This document shows positions 29,905 through 41,003 of a stretch of 64,000 nucleotides of DNA, piece by piece; within the stretch, counting starts at the first letter, position 1, and the number at the start of each line of letters is the position of its first letter. The notes beneath the pieces were generated by a model. The model worked only from the letters and a program-made list of their open reading frames with translations, made no database searches and had not been told where the DNA came from. Origin of the DNA: Methanobacteriota archaeon (lineage in GTDB: Archaea > Methanobacteriota > Methanobacteria > Methanobacteriales > Methanobacteriaceae). Location: assembly GCA_963787255.1 (NCBI GenBank), contig CAWBCJ010000025.1, positions 192,001-256,000 of the forward strand, given 5' to 3'. Position numbers and translations under genes: made by a program.

Positions 29905-32262
29905 ATGTTTTTTAATAATCCTTTTCAAATGAATGACTGGAAGTTTGACCAGTTTATCAAATTAATTATCATAGCACAGTTTTTAATTCTAGCTGTAGCG
30001 GGATTAAATTTAAATGGGTTTAATATCCCTATTATAAGTCAATTAATAGGTTTCATCTATATTACATTTATTCCAGGTTATTTAATTCTCAGAATACTTA
30101 AAATACATCAAATTGGTTCTATTAAATCGTTATTGTACGCTGCAGGATTGAGTACTGCTAGCATCATGTTTATAGGTTTTATTCTGAATATATTAGGATC
30201 ATCAATTGGAATTTCTAAACCAATATCTTTAGTTCCTTTAATTGTCACTATGACATTATATGTTGTTATTTTATCAGTTATAAGCTATTTTAGAGATAAA
30301 GATTTCTCCAATCCGAGTCAGATAAATATTGATATTTTATCTTCACCAATAGTCTTATTTCTTTGTTTAATCCCATTTTTAGCAGTCTTTGGATCTTACT
30401 TTATGACTTTTTATAATAATAATCTAATTTCAATGCTTTTAATTTTATTAATTGCTTTTATAACTCTTTTAACGGTTTTTAATAAAATTCCAGAGAAACT
30501 ATACCCTTTTGCAATATGGATAATTTCCATTTCGCTTTTATATGATAGTTCGTTAGTTTCAACATATATTTGGGGATGGGATATACAAAATGAATTTTTT
30601 CTGGCAAACATGGTAATAAATAATTCTTATTGGAACTTTAATTTTCCAGATTCTTATAATGCAATGCTTAGCGTTGTAATGCTTTCCCCAATTTATTCTA
30701 TTATTACCAATATGGATCTAATCCAAGTCTTTAAGATAATATATCCATTATTATTTTCTTTTGTGCCATTGGGACTATATAAAGTATTTAAATCTCAAAC
30801 TAGCCCTAAAATCGCTTTTTTAGCATGTTTCCTATTTGTATCATTTTACACTTTCTTTATAGAAATGCTTGCATTAGCAAGGGAGATGATTGCAGAAGTA
30901 TTTTTAATATTAATATTACTGGTGATATTCACTGATAAAATAAAGAACAATTCAAGGATTCTATTTATTATCTTTGGCTTTGGATTGGTGGTTTCACATT
31001 ATTCATTAACTTACTTCTCTCTTTTTGCTTTAATCAGTGGTTTTATATTATTGGCTATTTTTTATATTTTTAAATGGTTTATTAAAGTTAATAGCGATGA
31101 TTATTCATTTAAATTTCAAAAATTGCTTAATCCAAGGATCAACATATTCATCGTACTTTTAATTGCAGTGTTTATGTATTTCTGGTACAGTGCAATATCG
31201 ACTGGATTAGCTCTTAAAGGATTAACGGATACAGTAATACTTGTTATTTCAGATATTTCTCAAAATATTGCAGGCTTAGCTGTAACACTAGGGATTTTTA
31301 ATTTTTACCTGTTATTATTAGGGGTGTTTTTGATTTTAATTGTTTCATTATTAGTTGTTTTATGGTTTAGAAAAAATAAAATAAAGGAACATTCTAACTT
31401 TTATGACTTTAATAAATTCATGCATCCAATAATGAAACTTAAAAGAAAGAACCTAATTTTTGCTGTAATTAGTGTAATTATATTGATAACATTTGTGTTT
31501 TTGGTTGGAAAACCACAAACATGGATTGTAGGCGTATTAAGGTATTTAAACTTTGTTGCAGTATTTTTCACCATAGTTGGATTACTTTTAACATTTTTAC
31601 ATATTGTGCAAAACAAATTTAAGAAGGAATATTATGCCCTTTCAATTATAAGCATTTTAGTGCTGCTAACCGGTATTTTTGTGCCAGCATTTGAAAATTC
31701 ATTTAATATAACTAGAATATTCCAAATGACATTTGTATTTTTATCTCCATTTTGTGTTATTGGAGGTATAATACTATTTAAATCAATTTTTAAGGCTTTA
31801 AATATAGACATCGCCAATGAAAGACCTTTAAAAATATTTTCTGTATTCTTAATATTATTCCTGTTGTTTAATGCAGGGTTTTTCAGTGTTTTATCCAACC
31901 AATCAATACCCATGCATTTAAGTAAAGATTCTGATTATTATCCAAGTTTTAATATTCCAGAAACTACTGCTGCTATGTGGTTGCATAATGAATCTACAGG
32001 TCCACAGATTTTTGCTGATTCCTATGGGATATTTGTATTTTATAAATATTATACACCTCTTGAAATTAACGTTATTTCAAAATATAATGAAAATATAAGC
32101 TCTTATATTTTCTTGAGAAAGTTAAATAAAGGAAATAAATTATTAGTTGGTTTTAATAAAGGGCAACGAGATAGATCTCGTGTTTATGAAGATATGAGTA
32201 AAATAATTAATTCTAAATACAGAATTTATGATAATGGAGATGCAAAAGTGTATTTTAGTTAA
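29905..32262 (+). CDS. DUF2206 family multi-TM protein (GT-C-like)
   Basis: GWDIQNEF, YNAMLS, SHYSLTY, AAMWL, RIYDNG; paralog of the 18654 gene. Confidence 0.82.
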   Translation: MFFNNPFQMNDWKFDQFIKLIIIAQFLILAVAGLNLNGFNIPIISQLIGFIYITFIPGYLILRILKIHQIGSIKSLLYAAGLSTASIMFIGFILNILGSSIGISKPISLVPLIVTMTLYVVILSVISYFRDKDFSNPSQINIDILSSPIVLFLCLIPFLAVFGSYFMTFYNNNLISMLLILLIAFITLLTVFNKIPEKLYPFAIWIISISLLYDSSLVSTYIWGWDIQNEFFLANMVINNSYWNFNFPDSYNAMLSVVMLSPIYSIITNMDLIQVFKIIYPLLFSFVPLGLYKVFKSQTSPKIAFLACFLFVSFYTFFIEMLALAREMIAEVFLILILLVIFTDKIKNNSRILFIIFGFGLVVSHYSLTYFSLFALISGFILLAIFYIFKWFIKVNSDDYSFKFQKLLNPRINIFIVLLIAVFMYFWYSAISTGLALKGLTDTVILVISDISQNIAGLAVTLGIFNFYLLLLGVFLILIVSLLVVLWFRKNKIKEHSNFYDFNKFMHPIMKLKRKNLIFAVISVIILITFVFLVGKPQTWIVGVLRYLNFVAVFFTIVGLLLTFLHIVQNKFKKEYYALSIISILVLLTGIFVPAFENSFNITRIFQMTFVFLSPFCVIGGIILFKSIFKALNIDIANERPLKIFSVFLILFLLFNAGFFSVLSNQSIPMHLSKDSDYYPSFNIPETTAAMWLHNESTGPQIFADSYGIFVFYKYYTPLEINVISKYNENISSYIFLRKLNKGNKLLVGFNKGQRDRSRVYEDMSKIINSKYRIYDNGDAKVYFS

Positions 32263-32531
32263 TGATTAAAATAAAATTTTTACATTTCATTTAGAATATG
32301 AAAATTTTTCAGCTACTTTTTTTCAAATAAAAAGTATATAACATATATTTATTTTAAAAGATTAATTTAATAAACAAATATTATTTTATATATCTTGAAT
32401 TATATTTTTAATATTAATTAATTTTTCTTTAAAAGATTACTATATCCATTTTTAAGATTAGATAATTAAATAACAAGTTAAATTTATATAATTCATTTCA
32501 ATATTGTTTTTTTACAATTATTAAATGAAAT

Positions 32532-32549
32532 TAAAAACATTTATATATA
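32532..32549 (+). promoter_or_regulatory. eha operon promoter (BRE-TATA), probably giving a leaderless transcript
   Basis: AAAAACA-TTTATATA with the TATA ending about 24 nt before ATG 32571; no Shine-Dalgarno. Confidence 0.6.
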
Positions 32550-32570
32550 CAGTTGATCATTCTATTTATC

Positions 32571-32879
32571 ATGATTATTCATGTTGATGTTATAACAATA
32601 TTAAGTTATACTTTTTCAGTAGTAGCTGCAGTAGTTGTTGGATTAATATTAAGGCTTCCTCTACTCCCTGAAAGACCAATTCGGGATTCATGGACAATTA
32701 GTATAATTTTTCCAACAAGTGTAATTGCACTTGGATTATCTGCAATGGTCTTTGAGCTTGGATGGAACGGAATAATAGTGGGAATCATTATTGGAGTAAT
32801 ATCTGCATTAATATCCAAATATTTACTTGAAACAATCCTTCCAAGGCATACAGAGTTAATTGGAGATGAGAATCAATGA
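32571..32879 (+). CDS. ehaA: energy-converting hydrogenase A subunit A
   Basis: First small TM gene of the operon; [20 protein letters not shown]. Confidence 0.85.
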   Translation: MIIHVDVITILSYTFSVVAAVVVGLILRLPLLPERPIRDSWTISIIFPTSVIALGLSAMVFELGWNGIIVGIIIGVISALISKYLLETILPRHTELIGDENQ

Positions 32880-33379
32880 ATGAAATATTAGGAATTATAA
32901 TAGCAGCTGTTCTTTCATGGTTAAACTTCGTTCTTATCGATACATGGATGGGCCTTCCTGAAAAACCGGGAGTTAAAGGTGCAGATGTAATTGGAAGGGA
33001 CGTTAAAAAGAGAGGTGGAGATCTATCTGGCGGATTCTTCCAGGGAAACATTGTATGTTCTCCAGACGCTTCAGCAGGAACAATACTTGGAGCAATAGCT
33101 TGTTATACCATTGGAATTCCTGCAGGAGGATTTATTGCAGCTTTACTAGTGTTTATTGGTAATAGACTTTGTGCAGATCCGGGTTACGCTGGAACTACAG
33201 GTGCATTGACAATAATGGTTATTATAGCTCTTGCATCGTTTATTGGAATTCCTCCAGAACAATTTATTGTGGGCATGCTCCTTGCAATAGTCACCATTCA
33301 AGGTCTTGATCATCCCAGAGCTTCCAAATTAATTGGTAAAATTGCGAAAAGAATGGGAAGATACACGGAATTAACCTAA
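32876..33379 (+). CDS. ehaB: Eha subunit B
   Basis: [42 protein letters not shown]; operon position. Confidence 0.88.
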   Translation: MNEILGIIIAAVLSWLNFVLIDTWMGLPEKPGVKGADVIGRDVKKRGGDLSGGFFQGNIVCSPDASAGTILGAIACYTIGIPAGGFIAALLVFIGNRLCADPGYAGTTGALTIMVIIALASFIGIPPEQFIVGMLLAIVTIQGLDHPRASKLIGKIAKRMGRYTELT

Positions 33380-33445
33380 CATTAAACTTAAATGATTAAA
33401 GAGATAAATCATAAATATTCATTCATATTAAAAAGGTAGATAAAG

Positions 33446-33694
33446 ATGTTAATTGAGATTACAGGCATTATAATTGTACTCATGGCTCTTAGAACATTAA
33501 TTGCCCAAGATAGAAGCGAAAGGATGCTCTATCTAAACGCAATGAGTTTTGGTATATCTGCACTAATTGCACTTTACATACAGACACCCTTCGGAGCTAT
33601 AATTGCAATAACCTTTTTTGTAGCTTCCACTATAAGCTCAAATGCAATAGCATACTCGATTGGAAGAATACAAGACGAAATAGTAATAAGGTAA
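33446..33694 (+). CDS. ehaC: Eha subunit C
   Basis: Small TM protein, [17 protein letters not shown]; operon order. Confidence 0.82.
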   Translation: MLIEITGIIIVLMALRTLIAQDRSERMLYLNAMSFGISALIALYIQTPFGAIIAITFFVASTISSNAIAYSIGRIQDEIVIR

Positions 33695-33715
33695 AATATA
33701 ATCTGGTGGAATATA

Positions 33716-34003
33716 ATGGCTATATTAGATTTTATAAATATATCAACAATATCTGCTGCAGTAGCTTTGATTGGAGCAGCAGGCATAATATTACTTCCAA
33801 AGCCCATTGATAAAGTAATAATGTTTGCAATGCTGCAAGGAGGGTTTATTGGAATGATAATAGCTGCAAAATATTTGGACGTTGCCATGGCTGCTGCTTT
33901 ATTAGATCCAATTTCAACTGTTATCCTTTTAATTGGTATTATAAAAATTAATGATGTAAGACGGAAAAAACTAAAAGCCCAGGAGGAATTGAACATTGCT
34001 TGA
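33716..34003 (+). CDS. ehaD: Eha subunit D
   Basis: [21 protein letters not shown]; operon order. Confidence 0.82.
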   Translation: MAILDFINISTISAAVALIGAAGIILLPKPIDKVIMFAMLQGGFIGMIIAAKYLDVAMAAALLDPISTVILLIGIIKINDVRRKKLKAQEELNIA

Positions 34004-34256
34004 TATTTATGTATGGTTCTATACAGGCTGTATACTTACAATACTAGGAAGTATTGGTACAGTAATTGGTCCTGGGGTTAAAGATCCAATTGTACGGACT
34101 TTAAATACTGAGATCGCTGCTGTAGGAGTTTCAATGATATTTTTAACCTACAATCACACCATTGCGCTTCTTACATTTGTTGCAGCTACTGTAATAATTA
34201 CTATGATACTTTTAAGGGCCATTGTAAGGCTTGAAGAAATGGGGGCAAATGTATGA
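33996..34256 (+). CDS. ehaE: Eha subunit E
   Basis: [25 protein letters not shown]; TTG start behind GGAGG. Confidence 0.82.
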   Translation: MLDIYVWFYTGCILTILGSIGTVIGPGVKDPIVRTLNTEIAAVGVSMIFLTYNHTIALLTFVAATVIITMILLRAIVRLEEMGANV

Positions 34257-34768
34257 GAAGCCTGGGAAGAATTTTAAACGATTTAGCAAATCCTGACAAC
34301 ATCCCAAGACTTTTTTCATTAATACTTGGAATTGTACTTTTAGCAGGTTTGATAGTACCGTTTGCATTAAATGATCATCAACTTTATCCCAGACCAGAAC
34401 CACAGAATCAGATTAATTCGGGCGATCCACTAGCTCCATATAATAGGGGCGGCGTTGTAATTGCTGATTGGGGTATTAATGGCAATTTTCTTATAGAGCC
34501 AGGTATCGCTAAAGCACAGTATCCTGAAAATTCTGTTAATCTTGGAAATATAGCAGGTTACCTCTCTCCTATGGCAATAACAGTAAAAGATACAACTCTA
34601 TATTTCGGTACTTCAATTTATTCATCTCCTGGTGGTTTAATAGATGAAATATTATACTATACAAGGGGTTTTGACACAATCCTTGAGTCAACCATACTAA
34701 TGATGGCGTTTGTAGTGGCTTCATGGATTGCACTTCACTTTACAATGAGAAGGGAGGAAGAAGAATGA
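34253..34768 (+). CDS. ehaF: Eha subunit F
   Basis: [37 protein letters not shown] (MnhB-like RGFDT). Confidence 0.85.
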   Translation: MRSLGRILNDLANPDNIPRLFSLILGIVLLAGLIVPFALNDHQLYPRPEPQNQINSGDPLAPYNRGGVVIADWGINGNFLIEPGIAKAQYPENSVNLGNIAGYLSPMAITVKDTTLYFGTSIYSSPGGLIDEILYYTRGFDTILESTILMMAFVVASWIALHFTMRREEEE

Positions 34769-35451
34769 CCGGCGCTGAAGTTTTAGTTCCTAATCTTGTC
34801 TCTCCTGTTGTAGTTTCAATTTATCAACAAGCAATTATTGTTGGGTTATTAGCAGGTTTCATAGCGCTTTTAGGAATAGCATTTAAAAAAGGTGATTTAA
34901 CAGCTTTAATACTTACAGACATTGTAGGATTAGCAATGTTAATCATCGTTGCGGCTGTTGCAACCGATCTTGCAGAAGCATTAATACTTCCCGGACTGGT
35001 TGTTGAACTTGCCGAAATTCTTGCAATTTCTGAAATTCTTATGAGTAGAGAAATGAGAAAAACTGGAAAAAGTGTGGAATTAATTCCACTTCCATTATCA
35101 TTGGATATGGAAATCTTGCATACTGCACCTGCTTTCCTTGCAATAATACTTATAGCATATGGTGTTTTTCTAACAGGTTTCACTGGAGGGGCTGTTGCAG
35201 GGGTTGGAATATTATTCTACGTGCTTTCAAGAGCAGTTAGAGGTCTACCTTCAAATATATGGGAAGGAGTTGCCGGAGTATCAGGTATGGCATGGACTTT
35301 ATGGCTAGTAGGATTCCTCATATTCTTCGTAACTCCACAATACTGGTTGTTAGGTTTATTCATGTCTTCATGCGGAATACTGATAAAAGTAGCATCTAAA
35401 GTAGGACTTATAGGTGTTATGGGTAGAGAAGAGTTTAAAAGAGAAAAATAA
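34765..35451 (+). CDS. ehaG: Eha subunit G
   Basis: [28 protein letters not shown]; start ATG 34765 overlapping the ehaF stop. Confidence 0.85.
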   Translation: MTGAEVLVPNLVSPVVVSIYQQAIIVGLLAGFIALLGIAFKKGDLTALILTDIVGLAMLIIVAAVATDLAEALILPGLVVELAEILAISEILMSREMRKTGKSVELIPLPLSLDMEILHTAPAFLAIILIAYGVFLTGFTGGAVAGVGILFYVLSRAVRGLPSNIWEGVAGVSGMAWTLWLVGFLIFFVTPQYWLLGLFMSSCGILIKVASKVGLIGVMGREEFKREK

Positions 35452-35488
35452 GATGATTCGCACTTAAAATGAATTGGAGCAAATAAAA

Positions 35489-36166
35489 ATGGATATAGCA
35501 ACTTTAAGCGGACAAATATTTGGCTACATACCTCTGGGAGACATTGTGCTTTACTTTACCCCATTTAATCTGTTCCTATTTGGTGGAGCACTTCTATTTA
35601 CACTTCTTATAGCTTTAAGTAACACAGAAACCCAGGTGGAAGCAAGATTTGGTACATTGGAAGATAGAGAAGTAAAAGTAGACAAAGCTGAATTTAAAAT
35701 AAGGAGATTTCTGGCAATAGTATGTGGTCTTGCAACTGCAGGAGCAATGATTACAGGAGATCTTTTCAATTTCACATTATTTGTTGCATTAATAGGTATT
35801 GTAAATATTGGATTAGTTGGAGCTGTAAAACTTGTAGATGTCTTAGATTCAGCATTCCAATATGGTATAATTGCAATGATTGCATCACTTCCCTTATTTG
35901 GAGGTGCAGCAACTATACTTGCTGCAACAGGAACATTGAGTTTATTTGAACTAGCAAATAGCGCGGTTACTCCTATGGTAAGTTTTGCATCAATATTACT
36001 AATATTAGGTATTGCAGGAGAAACTGGTGTGGCACCGTTTTATGCAACAAAAGCTGAAATGTTTAGAACCCCTGGTTCACCATTTTTAGTTATAATACAT
36101 TTAAGTTCATTACTTGTAATTGTAAGAGCAATAGAAATATTGCTAATAATTAATAAACCATTTTAA
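35489..36166 (+). CDS. ehaH: Eha subunit H (antiporter-like)
   Basis: [37 protein letters not shown]. Confidence 0.85.
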   Translation: MDIATLSGQIFGYIPLGDIVLYFTPFNLFLFGGALLFTLLIALSNTETQVEARFGTLEDREVKVDKAEFKIRRFLAIVCGLATAGAMITGDLFNFTLFVALIGIVNIGLVGAVKLVDVLDSAFQYGIIAMIASLPLFGGAATILAATGTLSLFELANSAVTPMVSFASILLILGIAGETGVAPFYATKAEMFRTPGSPFLVIIHLSSLLVIVRAIEILLIINKPF

Positions 36167-36178
36167 AGGAAGTATCAG

Positions 36179-36403
36179 GTGAAAAAAATGGATAAAAAGA
36201 GTACAATTAGCTCAATAGTGTTTATAGTTTCTATAGTATCCATAGTTTATGCTTTAATATTTAATCCTGCCGAATGGATGGTCATTGGAATTTCAATATT
36301 ATTCATTCCATTGAGCATACTTTCATTTGGACTATTAATCATGGCCAGGGCTAGAAAAGAAGAGGAAGAAGATAGAAGGAGAGAACCCTTCATTGGATAC
36401 TAG
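36179..36403 (+). CDS. ehaI: Eha subunit I
   Basis: Two TM helices, C-terminal EPFIGY; operon order. Confidence 0.75.
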   Translation: MKKMDKKSTISSIVFIVSIVSIVYALIFNPAEWMVIGISILFIPLSILSFGLLIMARARKEEEEDRRREPFIGY

Positions 36404-36429
36404 TATAATCAAAATTAATCGGTGATCAG

Positions 36430-37293
36430 ATGAATTTAATGGCAGATATCCTATTAAACGTTGTTATAGCATTCCTGATTGGAAGCATACTTCTTGGATT
36501 ATACAGGAAGGTGGTTGCACGGGTACAGACTAGACCAGGACCTCCAATCATCCAGTATTTGTTACATTTACTTAAATTTTACATTAAAGAGTCATCGTTC
36601 CCAAAAACGGCTGCAATGCCATTTTATATTGGAATAGCCAGTATTCTTATGGTTATATGGGTAAGTGCAGTGATAGTAGGGCCTGTAACTCAGGGATCAC
36701 TCTTAATTATCTTTGGTATTTATGCCATTCATAAAATAGTTGAGCACAACGCTGGATCCTCATCAGGGTCGCCTTATGGTAAATTGAGCTGTGTTAGGGC
36801 GGTTTATTCAGCGGCTGCAGAAGTACCGCTGTTTGCAGTGCTTGTAATAATTTATCTTAAAACAGGAACCATGGTAATTGGGGATATAATAAGTTATCAG
36901 GCTATAAACGGGCCTTTATTATACACTATACCGTTAGCTGGTCTTATGTATCTTGTATTGATAATATCAAAAGCACAATACACACCATTTTCAATAACAA
37001 AAGGAAAAGATATTGTGTCTGGATATGAAACTGAACACTTTGGTTTATTGCGCGGATACCTCATGATATCCGAGTCAATAATGTGGTACATGCTCCTATG
37101 GATTTTCTTAACTGTATTCCTTGGACCAATTAGCCCAATTCTATATATTATAGGAATGGTTGGAATTACCGTTGGAATTGCATTTATTAGCGCAACTACA
37201 CCACTTTTGAACCCTAATCACTCTGTAGTTCTGCAAATATTATTTGCAGTTATTGGAATTGTAGGTTCAATATTACTGTTAAATGTACTTTAA
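36430..37293 (+). CDS. ehaJ: Eha subunit J (NuoH/HycD-like)
   Basis: [31 protein letters not shown]. Confidence 0.9.
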   Translation: MNLMADILLNVVIAFLIGSILLGLYRKVVARVQTRPGPPIIQYLLHLLKFYIKESSFPKTAAMPFYIGIASILMVIWVSAVIVGPVTQGSLLIIFGIYAIHKIVEHNAGSSSGSPYGKLSCVRAVYSAAAEVPLFAVLVIIYLKTGTMVIGDIISYQAINGPLLYTIPLAGLMYLVLIISKAQYTPFSITKGKDIVSGYETEHFGLLRGYLMISESIMWYMLLWIFLTVFLGPISPILYIIGMVGITVGIAFISATTPLLNPNHSVVLQILFAVIGIVGSILLLNVL

Positions 37294-37335
37294 ATTAATA
37301 AAAAAGGATGGATCTTCATAAAGGAGAATAAAAAA

Positions 37336-37593
37336 ATGATGAAAGAACAGGATACACTCTTCTTAATGGCTCTTGTAGGAGTTGGAGCTGTAATAATGAG
37401 TGGACTTGCTGTATTCAAGCAGTGGGTTATCGTAGTCCCATTAACCATTGCAGTAGTATTTTTAGCATTTTTGCTACTTTACCAAAATAGAACTAAATTT
37501 ATTCACATTTCAGAAAATCTTGAAAACTGGGCCTTTATTGCAGTGCTTATATTGTTCATAGTGTCATTTATACTGCTTTATAGACCGGCTTAA
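37336..37593 (+). CDS. ehaK: Eha subunit K
   Basis: Small 3-TM protein between ehaJ and ehaL. Confidence 0.72.
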   Translation: MMKEQDTLFLMALVGVGAVIMSGLAVFKQWVIVVPLTIAVVFLAFLLLYQNRTKFIHISENLENWAFIAVLILFIVSFILLYRPA

Positions 37594-37601
37594 TTGGTGA
37601 T

Positions 37602-37928
37602 ATGATGTTTCCAACAATTTACTTAGTATATATACTTTCATTTGTAATAGGAATGATTATAGGGCTTTTACTTAGTTATAAAAAATATACCGAGCCCTTT
37701 GTAAGCAAAAATATTGATTTAGTTGCTTTAGTTATTTCCATAATAGGGTGGATTTTGTTTCTTAACAGTCAACTTATTACGTTTATTCCGCAATATATTT
37801 CTATTACAATAGGTTTGTTTTTAGTAGCCCTTGTACTTGGAATGAGGCCGGGATATGGAAGATACGAACTGGCAATAGGATTTATTGTTTCAGGTATAAT
37901 ATGGGTTATAGGGATGGTTCTTTTATGA
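37602..37928 (+). CDS. ehaL: Eha subunit L
   Basis: SYKKYTEPF, GMRPGYGRYE. Confidence 0.82.
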   Translation: MMFPTIYLVYILSFVIGMIIGLLLSYKKYTEPFVSKNIDLVALVISIIGWILFLNSQLITFIPQYISITIGLFLVALVLGMRPGYGRYELAIGFIVSGIIWVIGMVLL

Positions 37929-38326
37929 ATGATAATAATATAGAAGAAAAAAATGAATCATTAATGGAGCTCATGAAAGGAAGGATTTTGAGCAGTTACA
38001 GGTGGCAAGAGGATATAATTAAACCATTTTCTGAAGAAATGGATATTGCACCAGAAACTCTTGAAAAAATATTAATGAGAAGATTAGACATGTCTAGTCT
38101 GGAAGCGCTTCATCCTCGCTTTGAATCGTCTAAGTATCTTTGTATATTAGATAAAGTACATTTTGACCTTAAAATATGCATTTTATCAGATATAATGGAA
38201 ATTATATCTAAAGAAGAAGCTGATGCAATAAAAAATAAAATTGCGAAAGAAGTTATAGAAGGTAAAAGTTATGAAGAAGCCATCAAAGATGGTAAAAAAG
38301 AATTAATTGAATATCTTATGAGGTAA
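37925..38326 (+). CDS. ehaM: Eha subunit M
   Basis: Hydrophilic; [21 protein letters not shown]; start ATG 37925. Confidence 0.8.
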   Translation: MNDNNIEEKNESLMELMKGRILSSYRWQEDIIKPFSEEMDIAPETLEKILMRRLDMSSLEALHPRFESSKYLCILDKVHFDLKICILSDIMEIISKEEADAIKNKIAKEVIEGKSYEEAIKDGKKELIEYLMR

Positions 38327-38331
38327 GGAAT

Positions 38332-38781
38332 ATGTTAGATTCACTAAAAGATATCATAAGGAAAAGCTCAATTCACGCTTGTCTCATAAATACTGGAGGA
38401 TGCAATGGTTGTGATATAGAAATCGTTGCACTTTTGTCGCCTCGTTATGATTTAGAGCAATATGGAATTTACTTCCACAATAACCCCCGAGAAGCAGATG
38501 TAATACTTGTAACAGGTCCGGTTGCAGAGCAGTGGAAAGAACATCTGCAGAGAGTTTATGCCAAAGTCCCGAACCCTAAAATAGTGGTTTCAATAGGGGC
38601 ATGTCCTCTTTCAGGTCATGTTTACAATCAGGAAGGCAGTGGAATTTATCCTCCACTTAATGAGTTCATTCCGGTGGATGCATCAGTTCCTGGATGTCCA
38701 CCGCGACCAACAGAAATATTACAGGCACTTTTGGCAGTTGGTCCAGATGCCATAGCAGCTAAAGGGAGGCAAAAAGAATGA
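38332..38781 (+). CDS. ehaN: Eha [NiFe]-hydrogenase small subunit
   Basis: [26 protein letters not shown]. Confidence 0.93.
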   Translation: MLDSLKDIIRKSSIHACLINTGGCNGCDIEIVALLSPRYDLEQYGIYFHNNPREADVILVTGPVAEQWKEHLQRVYAKVPNPKIVVSIGACPLSGHVYNQEGSGIYPPLNEFIPVDASVPGCPPRPTEILQALLAVGPDAIAAKGRQKE

Positions 38782-39924
38782 TAGTTCCAATAGGACCAAT
38801 TCACCCGGCTCTTAAAAGAGCCTTTACGTTTAAAACTTCATACAAGAGGAGAAAAAGTAATCGACGCGGAAATAGATTACGGTTATGTTTACAGAGGAAT
38901 TGAAAAGGTAATGGAAGGAAAAACCTGGCAAAAATCAGTTTATTTATCAGAAAGAGTCTGCGGAATATGTTCTTATATTCACACCCAGACATTCACAGAG
39001 ACATTTGAAAAAATAGCCGGAGAAGAAGCTCCATTACGAGCCCAATTTTTGAGAGTTATTTCAAACGAACTGGACAGAATTCAAAGCCATTTACTTGCTA
39101 ATTCAACTTACTTCAACGTTATAGAGCACGAAACTCTTTTCATGTACATGTTGTCCATGAGGGAAATGGTAATGGATGCTATTGAGCTATTAACTGGTAA
39201 TAGGGTACATATGGCATGGAATGTAGTTGGTGGAGTAAGGTTAGATGCTAAAGAAGTTCATTTAAATAGTATATTGAAAATTATGGATGATTTAGAATCC
39301 CAATACACTAAATATGCTCACATGTACGAGAGCGGTCCTTTATTAGGTCTTAGATCTAAAGATGTGGGTAAAATGAGCAAAGAACAGTCTATTAAGGCAC
39401 GGGCAGTGGGTCCAATTGCTAGAGCTTCATCAGTAACAGAAGATTTAAGATCAGATAAACCGGTTTACAGAGATCATTTAGATTTTAATGTAATCTGGCG
39501 TGATGAAGGAGATAATTTTGCCAGAAACATGAACCGTTTTGATGAAATAAAAGAATCCATAAAAATAATTAAACAGGCCATAGAAAATCTTCCTGAAGGA
39601 AAAATAAGGAAAAAAATAGATATCCCCGCAGGATATGCTGATAACCGAAATGAAGCCCCTAGGGGTGAAGTGGCTTACATGATAGAAACCAATGGAAATT
39701 TGATAAAGAACATTTCTATAAGAACTCCAAGTATAATGAACATTGATGCTTGCGCTAAATACATGTTTAAGGATGTTGCAACAGTTGCAGATGCAATAGC
39801 AACCTATGCAAGTGTTGATCCATGTATTGCCTGTACAGAACGGGTTGTAATTGTTGATGAGAAAACTGGTAAAACCCAAGAATTCGATGGTTTACACAAT
39901 TTAAAGTCAATAAATTTAAAATAA
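38778..39924 (+). CDS. ehaO: Eha [NiFe]-hydrogenase large subunit, +1 frameshift near 38814
   Basis: [18 protein letters not shown] across the shift; L1 motif [15 protein letters not shown]2 motif DPCIACTER plus C-terminal extension. Confidence 0.92.
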
Positions 39925-39961
39925 TCACTTTAAAACATTTAAAAAGGTAAAAGATGGTGTT

Positions 39962-40999
39962 ATGTCTTCAGTAATATGGTATTTATACGAATTTGCAAGA
40001 AAGGGATGGATTGAAAATTTTGCAGGTGCTGCAACAAATAGAGAAATAGTAGAAGCACCTGATAGGTTTAGAGATTTCCCTGAAGTAATTAGAGAGTTGT
40101 GTATTGCCTGCGGTGCATGTACTGCTGCATGTCCATCTCCAGCAGCTATTAGACTTGTAAGAACCAAGGATAAAGACGCTGAAAATGGAGAAGGTATAAC
40201 TTACCCTGTAATTAACACAGATGCATGTATAAGATGCGGTTTCTGCGCAGAAGTATGTCCTACAGATCCTAAGACACTTAGAACAGGTGAAAGCCATTTA
40301 ATCAGGGAAGAATTTACTATATTACCTGCAGAAAAAATGTTTGTAATTGACGATTATCTCTGTATTCGATGTAAAAAATGCATGAAAGCGTGCAAAGTAG
40401 AAGGAGCAATCACTGAAGAAGATAATAAGGTAATGATTGACCAATCAAGGTGTATAGCGTGTGGAGAATGTGCTAAAACATGTCCGGTAAAAGGTGCAAT
40501 TAAAGGAATATATATTTCTAATGTAGAAGGACAAAAAGATGTTATAAATCTGGTTATACATACTCTTGAAGATTTAATAGAAGCAAGACAGGATGAATTA
40601 AAAGAACTTCCACCTGAGCAGGTTGTGAAATTTGAAGTGCCATTTGTAGATATCTTGGAAAAAGCACGAGGAATGCTCCCTGAAGAAGAGCATATAAAAG
40701 ATATTGTTGAGAAAGTAACAGATAGATTAAAACTTAGAATCATTACATGGGACGATTCTAAATGTAATAGTTGCAGATTATGTGTTGATGAATGCCCATC
40801 TGGCGCTATTACTTATGATAAAGAAAAAGGTGTTACAAGAGATTCTAAAAAATGCCTTAGATGCACTACATGTTATCAAACATGTCCATTTGGCGTTGCA
40901 GGCTCTTATGTTGCCAGATTCTTGCTCACATCAACTGAATTGCAAGAAGATAAGATTCTTGTAACTGTAAAACCAGCACTATTACCATTTAGGGGATGA
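39962..40999 (+). CDS. ehaP: Eha polyferredoxin, 6x[4Fe-4S]
   Basis: Six CxxCxxCxxxC motifs; N-terminal [14 protein letters not shown]. Confidence 0.88.
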   Translation: MSSVIWYLYEFARKGWIENFAGAATNREIVEAPDRFRDFPEVIRELCIACGACTAACPSPAAIRLVRTKDKDAENGEGITYPVINTDACIRCGFCAEVCPTDPKTLRTGESHLIREEFTILPAEKMFVIDDYLCIRCKKCMKACKVEGAITEEDNKVMIDQSRCIACGECAKTCPVKGAIKGIYISNVEGQKDVINLVIHTLEDLIEARQDELKELPPEQVVKFEVPFVDILEKARGMLPEEEHIKDIVEKVTDRLKLRIITWDDSKCNSCRLCVDECPSGAITYDKEKGVTRDSKKCLRCTTCYQTCPFGVAGSYVARFLLTSTELQEDKILVTVKPALLPFRG

Positions 41000-41003
41000 T
41001 AAA

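Noticed and set aside
38778-39924. ehaO as a true pseudogene
   Set aside because: All Ni-binding motifs and the rest of the operon are intact; a single extra A in a homopolymer points to an assembly error.
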